Under the pieces are notes generated by a model. It did not search any database. It was not told where the DNA came from and worked only from the letters and a program-made list of their open reading frames with translations. 64,000 nucleotides of DNA, from NCBI RefSeq assembly GCF_006345805.1, contig NC_042999.1:992001-1056000 (forward strand), given 5' to 3'. A program made the position numbers and the translations under genes. Origin of the DNA: Octopus sinensis (Eukaryota). Position 1 is the first letter of the stretch. The number at the start of each line of letters is the position of its first letter. Positions 38,571 to 52,490 of this stretch are shown piece by piece.

Positions 38571-39842
38571 TATTCTGAAAATGAACATACATGTTGTGTG
38601 AATGGGTGCTTGAATAAACTTCTGTTTGTCCAGAAAATATTCTATACGTTAGATGCTTATATAAGGCCTCAATACCTAAGGGGTAAGTTTGTAGTTATCC
38701 ATGATTCTATTGTATTCTTCTGCAGGTTGTTTCATTGTAGATTTTTACTACTTTATTGTAATTGAGAAATTTGACCGTGTGTTGTTTATGAATTTATAGA
38801 TAACCTTAAGTGTGTTCTTATAGAAAACTTTGTTGTATATCTGAGAAGCGGGAGTGTACGAACATTTTGCTCATGTTTTACGTCAACTTGAAAATATATG
38901 GTGTATCAAATTCTATGATATTGCATATTTCTCTCTCTCTCTCTGTTTTGCTCTGTCAGTTTCCATATACTTTATTGTGTTATCAGTATTATTTTCTTTC
39001 ACATTCTCTTTCATTAGTGGAAGGAAACTTAATAAACCATGTCCTTGACTGAAGATAAACTTGATATTACTCCATCTATAATAGCCTGGAATATTTTATA
39101 TGATATAAAATTAATTATAGCATATGTACATAGGCTGTAACTGATAAGATGCAAGCCATTTTCTCATTACATCATTTCTCATAAACGAAAGATGAATTTC
39201 CTAACTATATCTTAAAACACTTTATCTAAGAACACCCAGAAAGTTTATTTCACCAAACATTATATTAGTTATGTAGATTAAGTAAATTCCAATATGTGTA
39301 ACAGTATTCTAACAATAATAACCTCATCATATTTCATCACTAAGCAACTTTATTTCACTGTAAGGATCATGTTTTATTTATGTAATTTCTGTTTCATTCG
39401 TAATCGATAAAGCTCTGATAAATTATGGAACAAGGTATATCAATGATTACAAAAAAACTGACTTTCTGTTATTCATCCTTTGTTATAACAGCTTTGTTGG
39501 CTGATAATATTTAAGTTATTTATAAATAACTTAATCATTAGCTTCAGTTATTTCTATAAAAAAAATTAGTATTGAAATATTAACTTTTCATGGAACACTT
39601 TTATATATTCAATTTAAGTCTAAACAATCATAAATATAATCCTTTCTACTATAGACACAAGGTCTATCATAAATATAATCATAAATATAATGACATTGCT
39701 GACAAAGAACAATGACGTTGTTAAAAATGTAGAAATTATAAGCTCAAAAAATCTTAGCAGCTAATAATAACTTAAGAACAGAAGATTACCTTTATTCAAG
39801 CTGTCTGTCTTACTAATGAAAGTAGCTTTACACACACACACA

Positions 39843-39888
<46 letters not shown>

Positions 39889-39938
39889 CACACGCACACA
39901 CATGCACACACACACCCACACACATACATACATATACA

Positions 39939-40150
39939 TGGCAGAATCGTTAGCACGCCGGGCGAAATGCGTAGCCGTATTTCGTCTGCCGTTACGTTCT
40001 GAGTTCAAATTCCGCTGAGGTCGTCTTTGCCTTTCATCCTTTCGGGGTCGATAAATAAAGTACCAGTTACGCACTGGGGTCGATATAATCGATTTAATCC
40101 GTTTGTCTGTCCTTGTTTGTCCCCTCTGTGTTTAGCCCCTTGTGGGTAGT
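39939..40150 (+). mobile_element. SINE family A within microsatellites
   Basis: tggcagaatcgttagcacgccgggcgaaatg..gcctttcatcctttcggggtcgataaat. Confidence 0.9.
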
Positions 40151-40151
40151 A

Positions 40152-40188
<37 letters not shown>

Positions 40189-40324
40189 TATACATACATA
40201 TATATATATATACATGTGTATATATATATGTATATAAATGTGTGTGTGTGTGTAAAGCTACTTTCATTACCTACTTTCATGTGTGTGTGCTCATCTGTAT
40301 GCTCGTGTGCGTGTGTGTGAGAAC

Positions 40325-40379
<55 letters not shown>

Positions 40380-40397
40380 TGTATACATGTATATTAT

Positions 40398-40936
40398 TGA
40401 GTGAGAGAGCAGTACATGCCATCAAAGTGACACTGGGGTAAATATACGAAGCCCAGTACCCTCTGATTAGGGTATACTAGACACATGCATCACAAGCACG
40501 TGTGCGACATGGTGATCTCATATCAAGATAAACAGCACATGACCTTGCAGGTGGGGTGCCAGTTAGAATTTTCTTTAGGTCGAGTAACCCATCCACCTCA
40601 AAGGCTCCCTGAATAAGGGTTGTTTAAGGATGTTGAGCGAACCACCCATGTTTCCAGAGGTGAATTATTCAAACCCCAAAGAATCCCTCTCAACACAGGG
40701 CTATGATGCTCCCCCACTACTTATGCTCGTGATCAGAGATGCACATATCGTCAGTCACTAAGGGACATGCTCAACTGGTTAAGGTCAAACAACTGACAAG
40801 CAAATCTGTGGTATTGAGCAGAATATTTTCTGTAGCCCATCTTTTATACCAAGACAAAACAATGTACATGATAACACTTCCAATCAGTTAAGATCAGAAG
40901 CCATGAGAGCCACTGTCTGGTTCGGCATCAGGGCAT
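40398..40936 (-). mobile_element. Element D, full length
   Basis: Reverse complement of 20612-21160. Confidence 0.85.
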
Positions 40937-40964
40937 GATTTTTATTGTTATTATCATTATTATT

Positions 40965-41125
40965 ATGTGCTGTTTATCTTGATATGAGATCACCATGCCG
41001 CGCACATATGGTTGCGATGCATGTAACTAGAGTACCCTTATCAGACGGGTAGACATGATGGGTAAACTGGGCTTCATATATTTTACCCCAGTGTCACTTC
41101 GATGGCATGCATTGCTCTCTCACTC
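40965..41125 (+). mobile_element. Element D, 3' fragment, inverted relative to the preceding copy
   Basis: atgtgctgtttatcttgatatgag..ctctctcactc followed by (AAT)n. Confidence 0.85.
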
Positions 41126-41358
<233 letters not shown>

Positions 41359-41547
41359 AACATAGAAAAATACCTTAGGAATGAGAACCCAGGGGTTCGA
41401 AATTTCCCCCAAGACTACTGATGAAGCTTGGAAGTGTATATCAGCCGAAACGTTGTGTTAACAACAAACAAGATGAGGACAGATATCTGTCAAATATAAA
41501 TAATGTAAATAATTTACATAATTTGTCATCTCTTAAATATAGCACTA
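41359..41547 (+). mobile_element. Second copy of the hammerhead-containing tail (degenerate ribozyme at 41413-41459)
   Basis: aataccttaggaatgagaacccagg..CTGATGA..cagccGAAAcgttgtgttaacaacaaacaagatgagg. Confidence 0.8.
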
Positions 41548-43138
41548 TAAAACACAATATCAGGTAATACTGAAATATGCATTGATTTACATTGTTTTTG
41601 TTGCTTCTGAGTCAGAATTACCTTGTATCATTCCAAGCTACCATCATACAACTAGATACGTTAATCTTCTGTTTTTGTCAGGGACACGAAATCACACATC
41701 TAGAAGGAAATGAACAGACAACTATTCACTTAGTATTCCCGTATTTCGCTTGATATTCCCAGTTGTTCTCTTTTATTACTTGGCAGCCATTTTAAATCAT
41801 TGCGCAAGTTTTGTCGTATTTTTGTAACAAAAACTGATAGCAATCTTAAGATATTCAGAGATATTCTTTTTTTTTTTCTTTCCTCAATTACAATCTAGAA
41901 TTATGAATTTCTGTGTGACTAAGTGATTACATCGGACGAGATATTCAAGCCAGTATGAGAGAGAAAAAAAATTTACAGACAGTTGAATCTTGGAGCTATT
42001 TTCATAAATTTCCATCTCTACAAAGCAGCAATGGAATAAGTTGTGGCGATATGACAGCTGGAGAATTAAAGTTTAAGTTTAGCCGAAGTCAACAAATAGA
42101 CTGGATTATTATCTGTACATGGTTCTGACTATCGTATTGGCGTTGGCAAAAAAATGTTGATTTGGTTGTGACGGTGGTGGTCGAATCTGCTCTCAAAGAA
42201 CCTTATTTTTAGCTCGCTATTATCACAAGAAAATATTATGCATGAAAGAAAAGAAAATATTTAGCAAAGACAGAGATGATATGTTCATGTCAGAGCTTGA
42301 ATTCGTTGTGAGATGAAGGTTAATGGATGGAAGCTAATGACTGTAGTGTCAGTTTTTTTTCCATTGTTCAAAAACAAAAACAAAAATATGCTATAATAGA
42401 TTGAATCATAAAATGTTTAAAACACAGAGAGAATGACACATCGACGAAAGTATATTATATATCATAAATGTTATCACATAAGCAACAGGGATGCAGAGAC
42501 TATTTAGAAAAGAAAATGTTAAAAGTCACAGGAAAATAAATAACAGGTTATAAACATAAAGATTTTAAGGTCACATAATTGATTATATTTAAATAAATTA
42601 TGTATCATGGCTTCAGTCTTTTATCAAAATATCACTTTACAAAAGAAGACAGGCGTTGTTATCAGTGAAATGAAGTCTACATTTCAGAAAAAAATTTTTT
42701 TTGTTTTTTTTCTCTCTTCTTGCATGACAGTGGTCTAATGATATTAGAAAATATTGATAAAACTATCAAAAAAGAAATAATAATAATAAACACAATCTTA
42801 GAATTCTATCTTATTTATTCCTAATAGAGACACAAAAGATGAAAAAAAATAACATTATCTATGGTAAACTGTCATACCAAAGTAAACTCTTCCACCGTCT
42901 GCGCTTCTTGCTCCTGACAGGAGACAAATTATTCCTGCCATTTCTATGCAGCATAACTTCAACAAGCAGTTTACATTCTTTACATTTCAGAGAGTTATAT
43001 CACTCTTCTACTCATGCCTTTTAACTATTAAATTATCTTCTTTAGATAAAATGTGGGAAAATATAAATGGTTGTTTAACGTGCTAGAAAATCAGCTAAAT
43101 TTTCTCAGATCACAAGTTGCTCTTTATGAAAAAAGAAG

Positions 43139-43350
43139 GACATGGCCTAGTGGTTAGAGTAGCGGACTCGCAGTCGAGGGATCGTGGGTTCGAATCTCAG
43201 ACCGGATGATGTGTGTGTTTTATGAGAGAAACACCTAAGCTCCACGCGGCTCCGGCAGAAGCTAATGGCGAACTTCTTCTGACTCTAAATGGCGGTACCC
43301 CAGCATGGCCACAGCTCGTGAGCTGAAACTAGATGAAATAAATAAATAAA
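43139..43350 (+). mobile_element. SINE family C head with a family-B-like tail (type 4)
   Basis: tggcctagtggttagag..ggttcgaatctcagac, then cccagcatggccacagc..ctgaaac. Confidence 0.75.
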
Positions 43351-43409
43351 AATGAACCTAAAAAGTGCCAAAAAATGGGAAACCCAGGGATAAAATGCCT
43401 TTCAATATA

Positions 43410-43640
43410 TTTCTTTTTATTGCCCACTAGGGGCTAAACACAGAGGGGACAAACAAGGACAAATGGATTAAGTCGATTATATATCGACCCCAGTGTGTAA
43501 CTGGTACTTGATTTATCGACCCCGAAAGGATGAAAGGCAAAGTTGACCTCGGTGGAATTTGAACTCAGAACGTAACGACAGACGAAATACGGCTACGCAT
43601 TTCGCCCGGCGTGCTAACGTTTCTCCCAGCTCACTGCCTT
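43410..43640 (-). mobile_element. SINE family A
   Basis: Intact core; tgcctttcaat repeated at 43396 and 43635. Confidence 0.9.
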
Positions 43641-43849
43641 TCAATTTAGATTAGAGTAACGTTGTAGCGGTGGCGATGATGGTGGATGGGTCTGAAAAGA
43701 CAGCAATTGCTGGTCCCTTTTTCAGTGTCTTCACCATCATCATCGTCGTCATCATTTTGTCTCCTACAACTATTATTACTACCACTGCTACACCTAATAC
43801 TACAGCTGTTACGACTCTTAGTACTTTTAACACAGCTACTACTACTACT

Positions 43850-44055
43850 GTGGAGGCGCAATGGCCCAGTGTTTCGGGCAGCAGACTCGCGATCGGAGGA
43901 TCGCGGTTTCGATTCCTAGACTGGGCATTGTGTGTGTTTATTGAGCCAAAACACCTAAAGATCCACGATGCTCCGGCGGGGATAGATAGATAGAAAAATA
44001 GATAGATAGATAGATATGTGTATATATATACATATGTATATGTGTGTACTACGAC

Positions 44056-44087
<32 letters not shown>

Positions 44088-44220
44088 CGTGTTTCTTTCA
44101 GTTTCCGTCTACCCGAGGCTATAGTAGAAGACACTTGCCCAAGGTGCCACGCAGTGGCACTGAACCCGAAACCATGTCGTTGGGAAGTAAGTTTCCTACC
44201 ACACAGTCACGCCTGCGCCT
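43850..44220. mobile_element. Family C head (+, 43850-43980) and family B head (-, 44088-44220) separated by microsatellites
   Basis: ggaggcgcaatggcccagtg..; acacttgcccaaggtgccacgcagtgg..cctgcgcct. Confidence 0.75.
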
Positions 44221-44669
44221 CTGCGCAGCCACGATGCGAAACATCGCCTTGATTATCGCTTTTCGCAGTGCAAATGACGATCGCTTTTATCGGTTGGTAG
44301 ATAACAGTACACTTCAGCAAAGAGGATTGCTCGTTAAAGTTACAAATGAGGGATCTTTAGTTCATTAGTCCAAAGTACCTCTGGCTGACGAGACACAATG
44401 ATTTCGGAATCAGCGATTAGCATATTTCCAAGCGTTCATTGCTCCTATGAATCTTGTATTTTATGAACATGTTATGAACACGCACTCGTTGTAAAGGAGA
44501 AGTTATTCGCCTGTGACAAAATACAGCAACAATTAGAATATTTCCGTTCGTAGCTAACAAAGCGTATGAAAAAAAAAATGTGAAAGTGTACTGCAACGCA
44601 TAAGAAGTTCATTAAAGACACTTTTGTTTTAATAGGTAAAATATTCACATGAAAGTGAATATTCTGCTC

Positions 44670-45065
44670 TATTCTAATCTAAGCACAAGGTCCGAAATTT
44701 TTGGGGAGGGGCAAGTCGATTAGATCCATCCCAGTACGCAACTGGTACTTAATTTATCGACCCCGAAAGGATGAAAGGCAAAGTCGACTTCGGTAGAATT
44801 TGAACTCGGAACGTAGCAGCAGACAAAATACCTATTTCTTTACTACCCACAAGGGGCTACACACAGTGGGGACAAACAAGGACACACAAACGGATTAGGT
44901 CGAGTATATCAACTCCAGTGTGTAACTGGTACTTATTTAATCGACCCCAAAAGGATGAAAGGTAAAGTCGACCTCGGCGAAATTTGAACTCAGAACGTAG
45001 CGGCAGACGAAATACCGCTGAGCATTTCGCCCGGCGTGCTAACATTTCTGCCAGCTCGCCGTCTT
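44670..45065 (-). mobile_element. SINE family A dimer
   Basis: Two core units plus head and tail. Confidence 0.9.
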
Positions 45066-45929
45066 AGAACAGACAAATACTACGATATTTACCAATAGGT
45101 TTTATTTTCTGCATAAAAGCGACAGACAATCACCGCTACTTCTGCTACGAGGACATCCATATGACGGGATTATGGCTTCTTTTGGTAGATATCTGGCCGC
45201 AGGAAACAGCAGTTTTTGTTTTGTTATTTTTCTCTTCAGTATTACGCATTCATATCCACGCTAAGTGTTCGACTTGAAACTGTGAAGCAAGTAGTCATTT
45301 GTTTCTGTTTGTGCTAATGAGCTTTCTCCAATGGGTTAGACACTGGTGGAGCCTGCTTCAAACAGATTTTCGTCCCATCATAACACAAACATCTTTAATG
45401 GACATTCTTTATTAAATTAGACTCTAAAATTTATTTCGTTATTCGACATCACCTTCTGTTGATTGAGTTGGTGCAGCTATGAGACTAGAATTTATAATTA
45501 TTACGATTCCTCCTTCTCCTCTCCTCCTCTTCTTTTTCTTCTATTTCTATCTCCTCCTCCTCCTTCTTCCTCTTTTCCCTCTTTCCTTCTCTTTCTTCTT
45601 TTACTACTACTACTACGACCCTTCCGACTATTCCATATACTTCTTTTTCTTCTTCTTAGTAGTAGTAGTAGTAGTAGTAAGACCGCGGGGCTAGTCGCAT
45701 CGTTTCCGCATCGGACAAAATGCTTTGTAGCATTTCTTCCAGGTTTTAATTTCTAGGTTCGAATCCCACCGAGCTCGAGTTTCCTTTCATCCTTTCGGGG
45801 CCGATGAAATAATTACTAGTCGAGCTCTGGAGTTAATATAATCGACTATTCCCATATCCAAAATTTCAGGCCTTGCATCTATACTAAAGGAGATTATGAT
45901 TATTATTATCATTATTATTATTGATTTGA

Positions 45930-46175
45930 CTCAGGTGTCGTCGTCTTGCTGGTAGGATTTATGTGGGTAGCAGCCTGCTACATGTAACCTTATGCACTCA
46001 CAAGCTTTCAATAGTCTTTCAAAAGCTTAGAACCCTCCATATAATCTTTCTTGTCCTTAAGGGGTAAACTTGTAGAAGCTTTACAGGACATTCTATTCCA
46101 GTCTCCTTCAACCATTTGTCCATATATTTCTTTACTGCTCCCAATGTACCAGTTATTATAGGCACACGCTTTACT
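45930..46175 (-). pseudogene. Second R4/Dong-like 3' end fragment between (ATT)n tracts
   Basis: VKRVPIITGTLGAVKKYMDKWLKETGIECPVKLLQ..RTRKIIWRVL, homologous to the 34110 fragment. Confidence 0.75.
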
Positions 46176-46230
46176 ATTATTATTATTATTTTTGTTGTTG
46201 TTGTTGTTATTATTATCATTATTATTCTGT

Positions 46231-46727
46231 AAGGGAGCAGCCCATGCCTTCAAAGTGACACTGAGGTTACAAATATACAAAGCCCAGTATACCTATCATG
46301 ACTACTCGTCCGACAAGGGTACATCACAACCATATATGTGCGACATGGTGATCTCATATCAAAATAAACAACACATGACCTTGCAGGTGGAACCCAGTTA
46401 GAATTTTCTTCAGGTTGACTAGTCCATTGTGCTCAAAAGGTCCCTGAATAAGCGTTGTTGAATGATGTTGAATGAAATACCCATGTTTCCAGAGGTAAAT
46501 CATTCAAACCCTAAAGAATTCCTATCAACACATGGTTATGATGATCCCTCACTACTTCTTGCTCGTGATCAGAGACGTACATATCGTCAGCTACCAAGGG
46601 GCATGCTCAGCAACTGACAAGCAAATCTGTGGTATTGAGAAGAATATTTGCTGTAGCCCACCATTTATACCAAGGCAAAACAATGTACATGATTACACTT
46701 CCAATCAGTTAAGATCAGAAGCCATAA
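46231..46727 (-). mobile_element. Element D
   Basis: catgccttcaaagtgacactg..ttaagatcagaagccat, next to (ATT)n. Confidence 0.8.
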
Positions 46728-47300
46728 GGCGGCGAACTGGCAGAAACGTTAGCACGCCGGGCGAAATGAGTCGCCGTATTTTGTCTACCGTTACGTTCTG
46801 AGTTCAAATTCCGCCGAGGTAGACTTTGCCTTTCATCCTTTCAGGGTCGATTAAATAAGTACCAGTTACGCACTGGGGTCGATATAATCGACTTAATCCG
46901 TTTATCTGTCCTTGTTTGTCCCCTCTGTGTGTAGCCCCTTATGGGCAGTAAAGAAATAGGTATTTCGTCTGCCGCTACGTTCTGAGTTCAAATTCCACCG
47001 AGGTCGACTTTGCCTTTCATCCTTTAGGGGTCTATTAAATAAGTACCAGTAACGCACTGGGGTTGATATAATCGACTTAATCCGTTTGTTTAGCCTTGTT
47101 TTTCCCTCCTGTGTGTAGCCCCTTGTGGCTATTAAGGAAATAAAAAACGTTAGCATGCCGGGCGAAATGCTTAACCGAGGTCGACTTTGCCTTTCATCTT
47201 TTCGGAGTCGATAAATTAACTACCATTTGCATACTGGGGTCGATCTAATCGATTGGTTCCCACTCCAAAAATTTCGGGCCTTGTGCCTAGAGTAGAAAAG
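46728..47300 (+). mobile_element. SINE family A multimer
   Basis: Head ggcggcgaactggcagaaacgttag, three core units, tail ttgtgcctagagtagaaaag. Confidence 0.9.
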
Positions 47301-47330
47301 ATCCGAAGCAACAGCAGCAGCAGTAGCAGC

Positions 47331-47407
<77 letters not shown>

Positions 47408-48247
47408 CAGCAGCAGTGGTGGTGGTAGTGGTAGTAGTAGTAGTCGTAGTAGTGTGACGGAACAGTAGAATATATGAGAGTGCCAATCATATAAGGTCTT
47501 AGTGTATTTATAGATTTTCTTTTTTCCCCTCCTTTCAAATACTTCCAGGATTAACCTTGCCCTTGTTTGCTTCGAGATCGATGCAGTATGTATGTACTAA
47601 GGATGTACTATTACTACACAGCCATAGCTAACCTTGTAGATAAGCAGATAAGATCAGTTTATACTTGGACGCTAAAGAATAAATGGAAACGTTATACACG
47701 TCTCTTCGCTCTTGTTCAAACTCGTCTGTGAATATTCAGTTCCATATATTATTTTATGTTCATCCGCTATTGCTTTCAAAACAGGAATATTCTGGAAGAC
47801 AGCTTAAGCTAAGAACTTTATCTTTCTGATTGTCTAAGTGTTTTGAGTAGAGCGTTGTTTAGATTATGTTTTTTGAAGTCTATTGTGATTTTTCTTTCGT
47901 TTGGATTGTAAGCATTACTAAAATATATCCAACGTGTATCAAAAGCCGGAATATCGTAAATTACGTGTTTGTAATACAATACAGTTGGCAGCCAATTAAA
48001 ATATCCAGCAACCTATGTTGCCATTTAAGTGTGCCAACCGTATCTAAGTACTGTATCCAAGCGGAGGGTCGTACGTCCGGTTACTCGGTTTTCTTGGCAT
48101 GTGAGTGACCAAAATAGGCGTAGACGTAGCTGCGTGGTAAAAAGCTTGCATACCACGCACATGGTTCCAGGTTCAGTCCCTCAGCCTAGCACCTTGAATG
48201 TCTTGAGCCTCCGAATTTGGTAGACGAAAATTGAAAGAAACCTGTCA

Positions 48248-48249
<2 letters not shown>

Positions 48250-48298
<49 letters not shown>

Positions 48299-48302
48299 GT
48301 AG

Positions 48303-48364
<62 letters not shown>

Positions 48365-48414
48365 GTCTGTCTAACTATCTATCTATCTATCTATCTATCT
48401 ATCTGTCTGTCTAA

Positions 48415-48455
<41 letters not shown>

Positions 48456-48456
48456 G

Positions 48457-48498
<42 letters not shown>

Positions 48499-48640
48499 TT
48501 ATCTGTCTAACTATCTATCTACCTATCTATCTGTCCGTCTGTCTGTCTGTCTATCTATCTAGTTATCTATCTATCTCTCTATTTATCAATATATCTGTCT
48601 CTCTATCTATCTGTCTATATATCTATCTATCAATCTATCT
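48250..48640. repeat. (CTAT)n microsatellite
   Basis: Directly visible. Confidence 0.95.
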
Positions 48641-48680
48641 TATTTTCTCCTCTTTTTCTCTGTCTCTGTCTATCTTTTTG

Positions 48681-48752
<72 letters not shown>

Positions 48753-48839
48753 ACATAATTCAAAATGTGACCGCGTGTGTAACGTTGGCGATTTTTTTTT
48801 TCGTCCGTCTTCCCTTCTTTGGATCTTTCCTTTTCCTAT

Positions 48840-48874
48840 GTTTCTGACGAAGAACTCCGCTCGAAATGTTAAAC
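48840..48874 (+). ncRNA. Degenerate minimal hammerhead motif in a probable Penelope-derived repeat
   Basis: GTTT-CTGACGA-A-GAAC.tcc.GCTC-GAAA-TGTT-AAAC; stem I GTTT/AAAC; one mismatch each in stem II and in the palindrome. Confidence 0.5.
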
Positions 48875-49285
48875 CCTCATTCTTTCCTTCTTTCCTGAGC
48901 GTCCAATAACACTATACTTGTTCCACGTCCTCGCGTTGTTGTGTTTTCTCTCTGTGCTTTCATGTTTGGATTAACTATATATATATAAAATTTATTTTTA
49001 CTTGTTCTAGTCATTAGACTGTGGCCATGCTGGGGCGCCGCCTTGAAATAATTTCAGTCGAATGAATGGAGACCAGTACAACTTTTAGCCTGTTACTCAT
49101 TTTATCGTTCTCTTTGAGCGAACTGCTAGGTTATGTGGGCAAACGCGCACCAACAGCGATTGTCGAGCGGTGGGAGGAGACAACTATAGCCGCAAAGACA
49201 CGCACAGTGGCTGTAGGGTACAAACACAGACACACACACACACTAACACACACACACACGCACACACACATACACACACACACAT

Positions 49286-49325
<40 letters not shown>

Positions 49326-49425
49326 TATTCGTATATATTTAATAATGCATATTACTCTACCTCCGGTATTCGAGTACTATTTTTTCCACCTTCTTTCAAA
49401 TTTATATACTGACTCTGGTATATAT

Positions 49426-49461
<36 letters not shown>

Positions 49462-49556
49462 CATACAAATTTAAGTCAGGTCAAACTTTTACCGTAAAAT
49501 ATCATTTTACCTGGGTTTCGAAGAGCTTAATCTAAGAAGGACTTAAATGGGAAGTT

Positions 49557-49650
49557 TGTGGTGGTGACTACATTGGTCAAACTAGCTTAACTTCGAGGGA
49601 TAGACTTACGGTGCACAGGCAACAATCCGAGACCCCAACACTAGGAAAAT
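49557..49650 (+). pseudogene. GIY-YIG endonuclease fragment (Penelope-like)
   Basis: CGGDYIGQTSLTSRDRLTVHRQQ. Confidence 0.7.
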
Positions 49651-50646
49651 TTTACTTATTTGCATATAGCCAATCAGAGCTCACCTTGACCTTGTTTTCA
49701 AGTCAACAAACACACTGTACCAAGTAAACTCTAGACGAAATACGTTGTTCTAAGTCGACTGATCGCCAAGTTATGCCTGATTTTAAAAGGAGATAAGTAA
49801 TTGATAGAATTGTATCTATACCTATTATTTGCTTTTTGTTAGGGGCACATATGGTAAAGATGAGGATGGGAAAATGTGGGTAAAGGGTGAGGTGCTAATA
49901 ACCCTCTCCCCTTACTGTTTTACAAAGTAAACAACAACACAAATAACTACGCAGAGGCAGCCATGGTTGAAACAAGAAGAAGAACAACAAGCATTATTAC
50001 AAGAAAAAAGAAGCATAGTCATTCGTTAACCAAGTGACCATATCTTACCGCTTATCAATTATGCGCTCATAAATTACTTTGATAGTTGAACTCTGATTGG
50101 CTGTATGAAAATGAGATCATAACTGGGGTCCGGAACTCTCATGGGAAAAAAAATTCGCGAACAGGACACCTCTTTGTTGTAAGGTTTCTTATTTAAAGCT
50201 TGGCAGAACAAAGTAAAATGAAATATTTTCGTCAAGAAAACTATTCCCGGCCGGAAATTGAAACCACGATCTTCCGATCGTCAGTGTCACACACAAACCA
50301 CTAGGTCACGGGCCTTCACATGCCAGCCGTAGGATGAAACAGAATCAGTGCTTTAGCAATTAATGATCGTCATTTGGCACTCAATACAGGAGCATCTATT
50401 TCAATTAGAAATATTTGACATCTTGTCCTAGAAATTTTGAAAAGAATTTCTAAACTGAGGAATAGTCCTCTGCTATGAATCATAAATTTCTGATAATCTT
50501 AATTGGTAGGGAATTGGCTACTGTTCATAGAAATATTGATTCCATTTGAATTGGCAAAGAAGACGTAAACATCATGTTCTTGCCTTTCCGTACAGTCTTA
50601 CTACTCTAAATGGTGTATGGACATTAAGTGTTTCCTTGTAGCAATG

Positions 50647-51031
50647 TGGAGGCGCAATGGCCCAGTGGTTAGGGCAGCGGACTCGTGGTCATAGGATCGC
50701 GGTTTCGATTCCCAGACCGGGCGTTGTGAGTGTTTATTCAGCGAAAACACCTAAAAGTTCCACGAGGCTCCGGCAGGGGATAGTGGTGATCCCTGCTGTA
50801 CTCTTTCACCACAACTTTCTCTCACTCTTACTTCCTGTTTCTGTTCTACCTGTATTTCAAAGGGCCGGCCTTGTCACTCTTTGTGTCACGCTGAATATCC
50901 CCGAGAACTACGTTAAGGGTACACGTGTCTGTGGAGTGCTCAGTCACTTACACGTTAATTTCACGAGCAGGCTGTTCCGTTGATTCGGATCAACCGGAAC
51001 ACTCGTTGTCGTAACAGACGGAGTGCTTCCC
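50647..51031 (+). mobile_element. SINE family C, tail type 2, full length, with a 46-bp flanking duplication
   Basis: A/B boxes; direct repeats at 50600-50645 and 51032-51077 (1 mismatch). Confidence 0.92.
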
Positions 51032-51271
51032 ACTACTCTAAATGGTGTATGGACATTAAGTGTTTACTTGTAGCAATATGTTTTTGAAAGCAATGACTAA
51101 GATTGAGTCAAGTCAAGACATCAATGTTGTTTCAGTAATGGGAAGAGATTTTTTTGCTTCGCCTATGGTCGGTCATTCTCGGGGAAATACGGAAATATCA
51201 CAACTCATTTTACTCTTCCTTCAAACAGAACTTTTTTCCATAACCACCTTTGTATTCTTCTATTCTTTTAT

Positions 51272-51500
51272 TCTTTTACTTGTTTCAGTCATTTGACTGC
51301 GGCCATGCTAGAGCACCAGCCTTTAGCTGAACAAATCAACCCCAGGACTTATTCTTTATAAGCCTAGTACTTATTCTATCGGACTCTTTTGCTAAAACCG
51401 CTAGGTTATCGGTACATAAACACACCAATATTGCTTATCAAGTGGTGGTGGTGGGACAAACACAGACACACACAAATATACACACATACATACATGCATA

Positions 51501-51594
<94 letters not shown>

Positions 51595-51750
51595 GGACGG
51601 GCTTCTTTCAGTTTCCGTCTACCAAATCTACTCACAAAGCTTTGGTCTGACCGAGACTATAGTAGAAAACACTTGCCCAAGGTACCACGCAGTGGGACTG
51701 AACCCAGTACCATGTGGCAAGCTTCTTACCACACAGCAATGCCTGCGCCT
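51272..51750 (-). mobile_element. SINE family B, full length
   Basis: Tail cttgtttcagtcatttgactgcggccatgct, internal (TA)n, head cctgcgcct. Confidence 0.88.
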
Positions 51751-52243
51751 ATTATCATACTTCGGCAAATTTACAGCAGTATTTGTCTGAAGTATAATAT
51801 CCATTATGGACACAGTGTTTAAAAACTCACAAATATATCAGTTGCTGATGAAAATCTCCAAGAGCGACAGCGAGAGTGCTGAATAAACATTTCAGCGTCC
51901 TTGCAGTTTGTCAGTAACGTGTACTCACTACCAACTGCATACAGAGACAAAATCCGTCGTTACTGATAGAGAAAAATATTCAGCTCAGTTGAATAAAATT
52001 TCATTATCAGCAAAGTAGAATTAGATTAGAATGACCACGTGTGTAACATAGACACGCTGTTATTGGATTTTTCAGCAGAAAGGTTAGTATTCATTGGCAG
52101 TATGTACTGATTTATAGTATATTATTAATACTAAACCCTCAATGTTATGGATTCAAAACCCAAGAACCCTCGGTGTTATGAATTCAAAACTCAATATTCC
52201 CTACATAATAAAATAAGTACCAGTTATGTAATCGGCATGATTT

Positions 52244-52406
52244 AGGCGCAGGAGTGGTTGTTTAGTAAGGAGCTTGCTTCCCAATCACATATTTCCTGGT
52301 TGAGTCCCATAGTGTGGAAACTTAGACAAATGGCTTCTACCATAGCCTTGAACCGACCAAGACTTTAGACTGAATTTGGTGGACGGAAACTGAGAGAAGC
52401 CCATCG

Positions 52407-52490
<84 letters not shown>

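Noticed and set aside
50647-50720. Functional tRNA genes at the family C, B and E heads
   Set aside because: The cloverleaf and acceptor stem are incomplete and each head continues into a SINE body.
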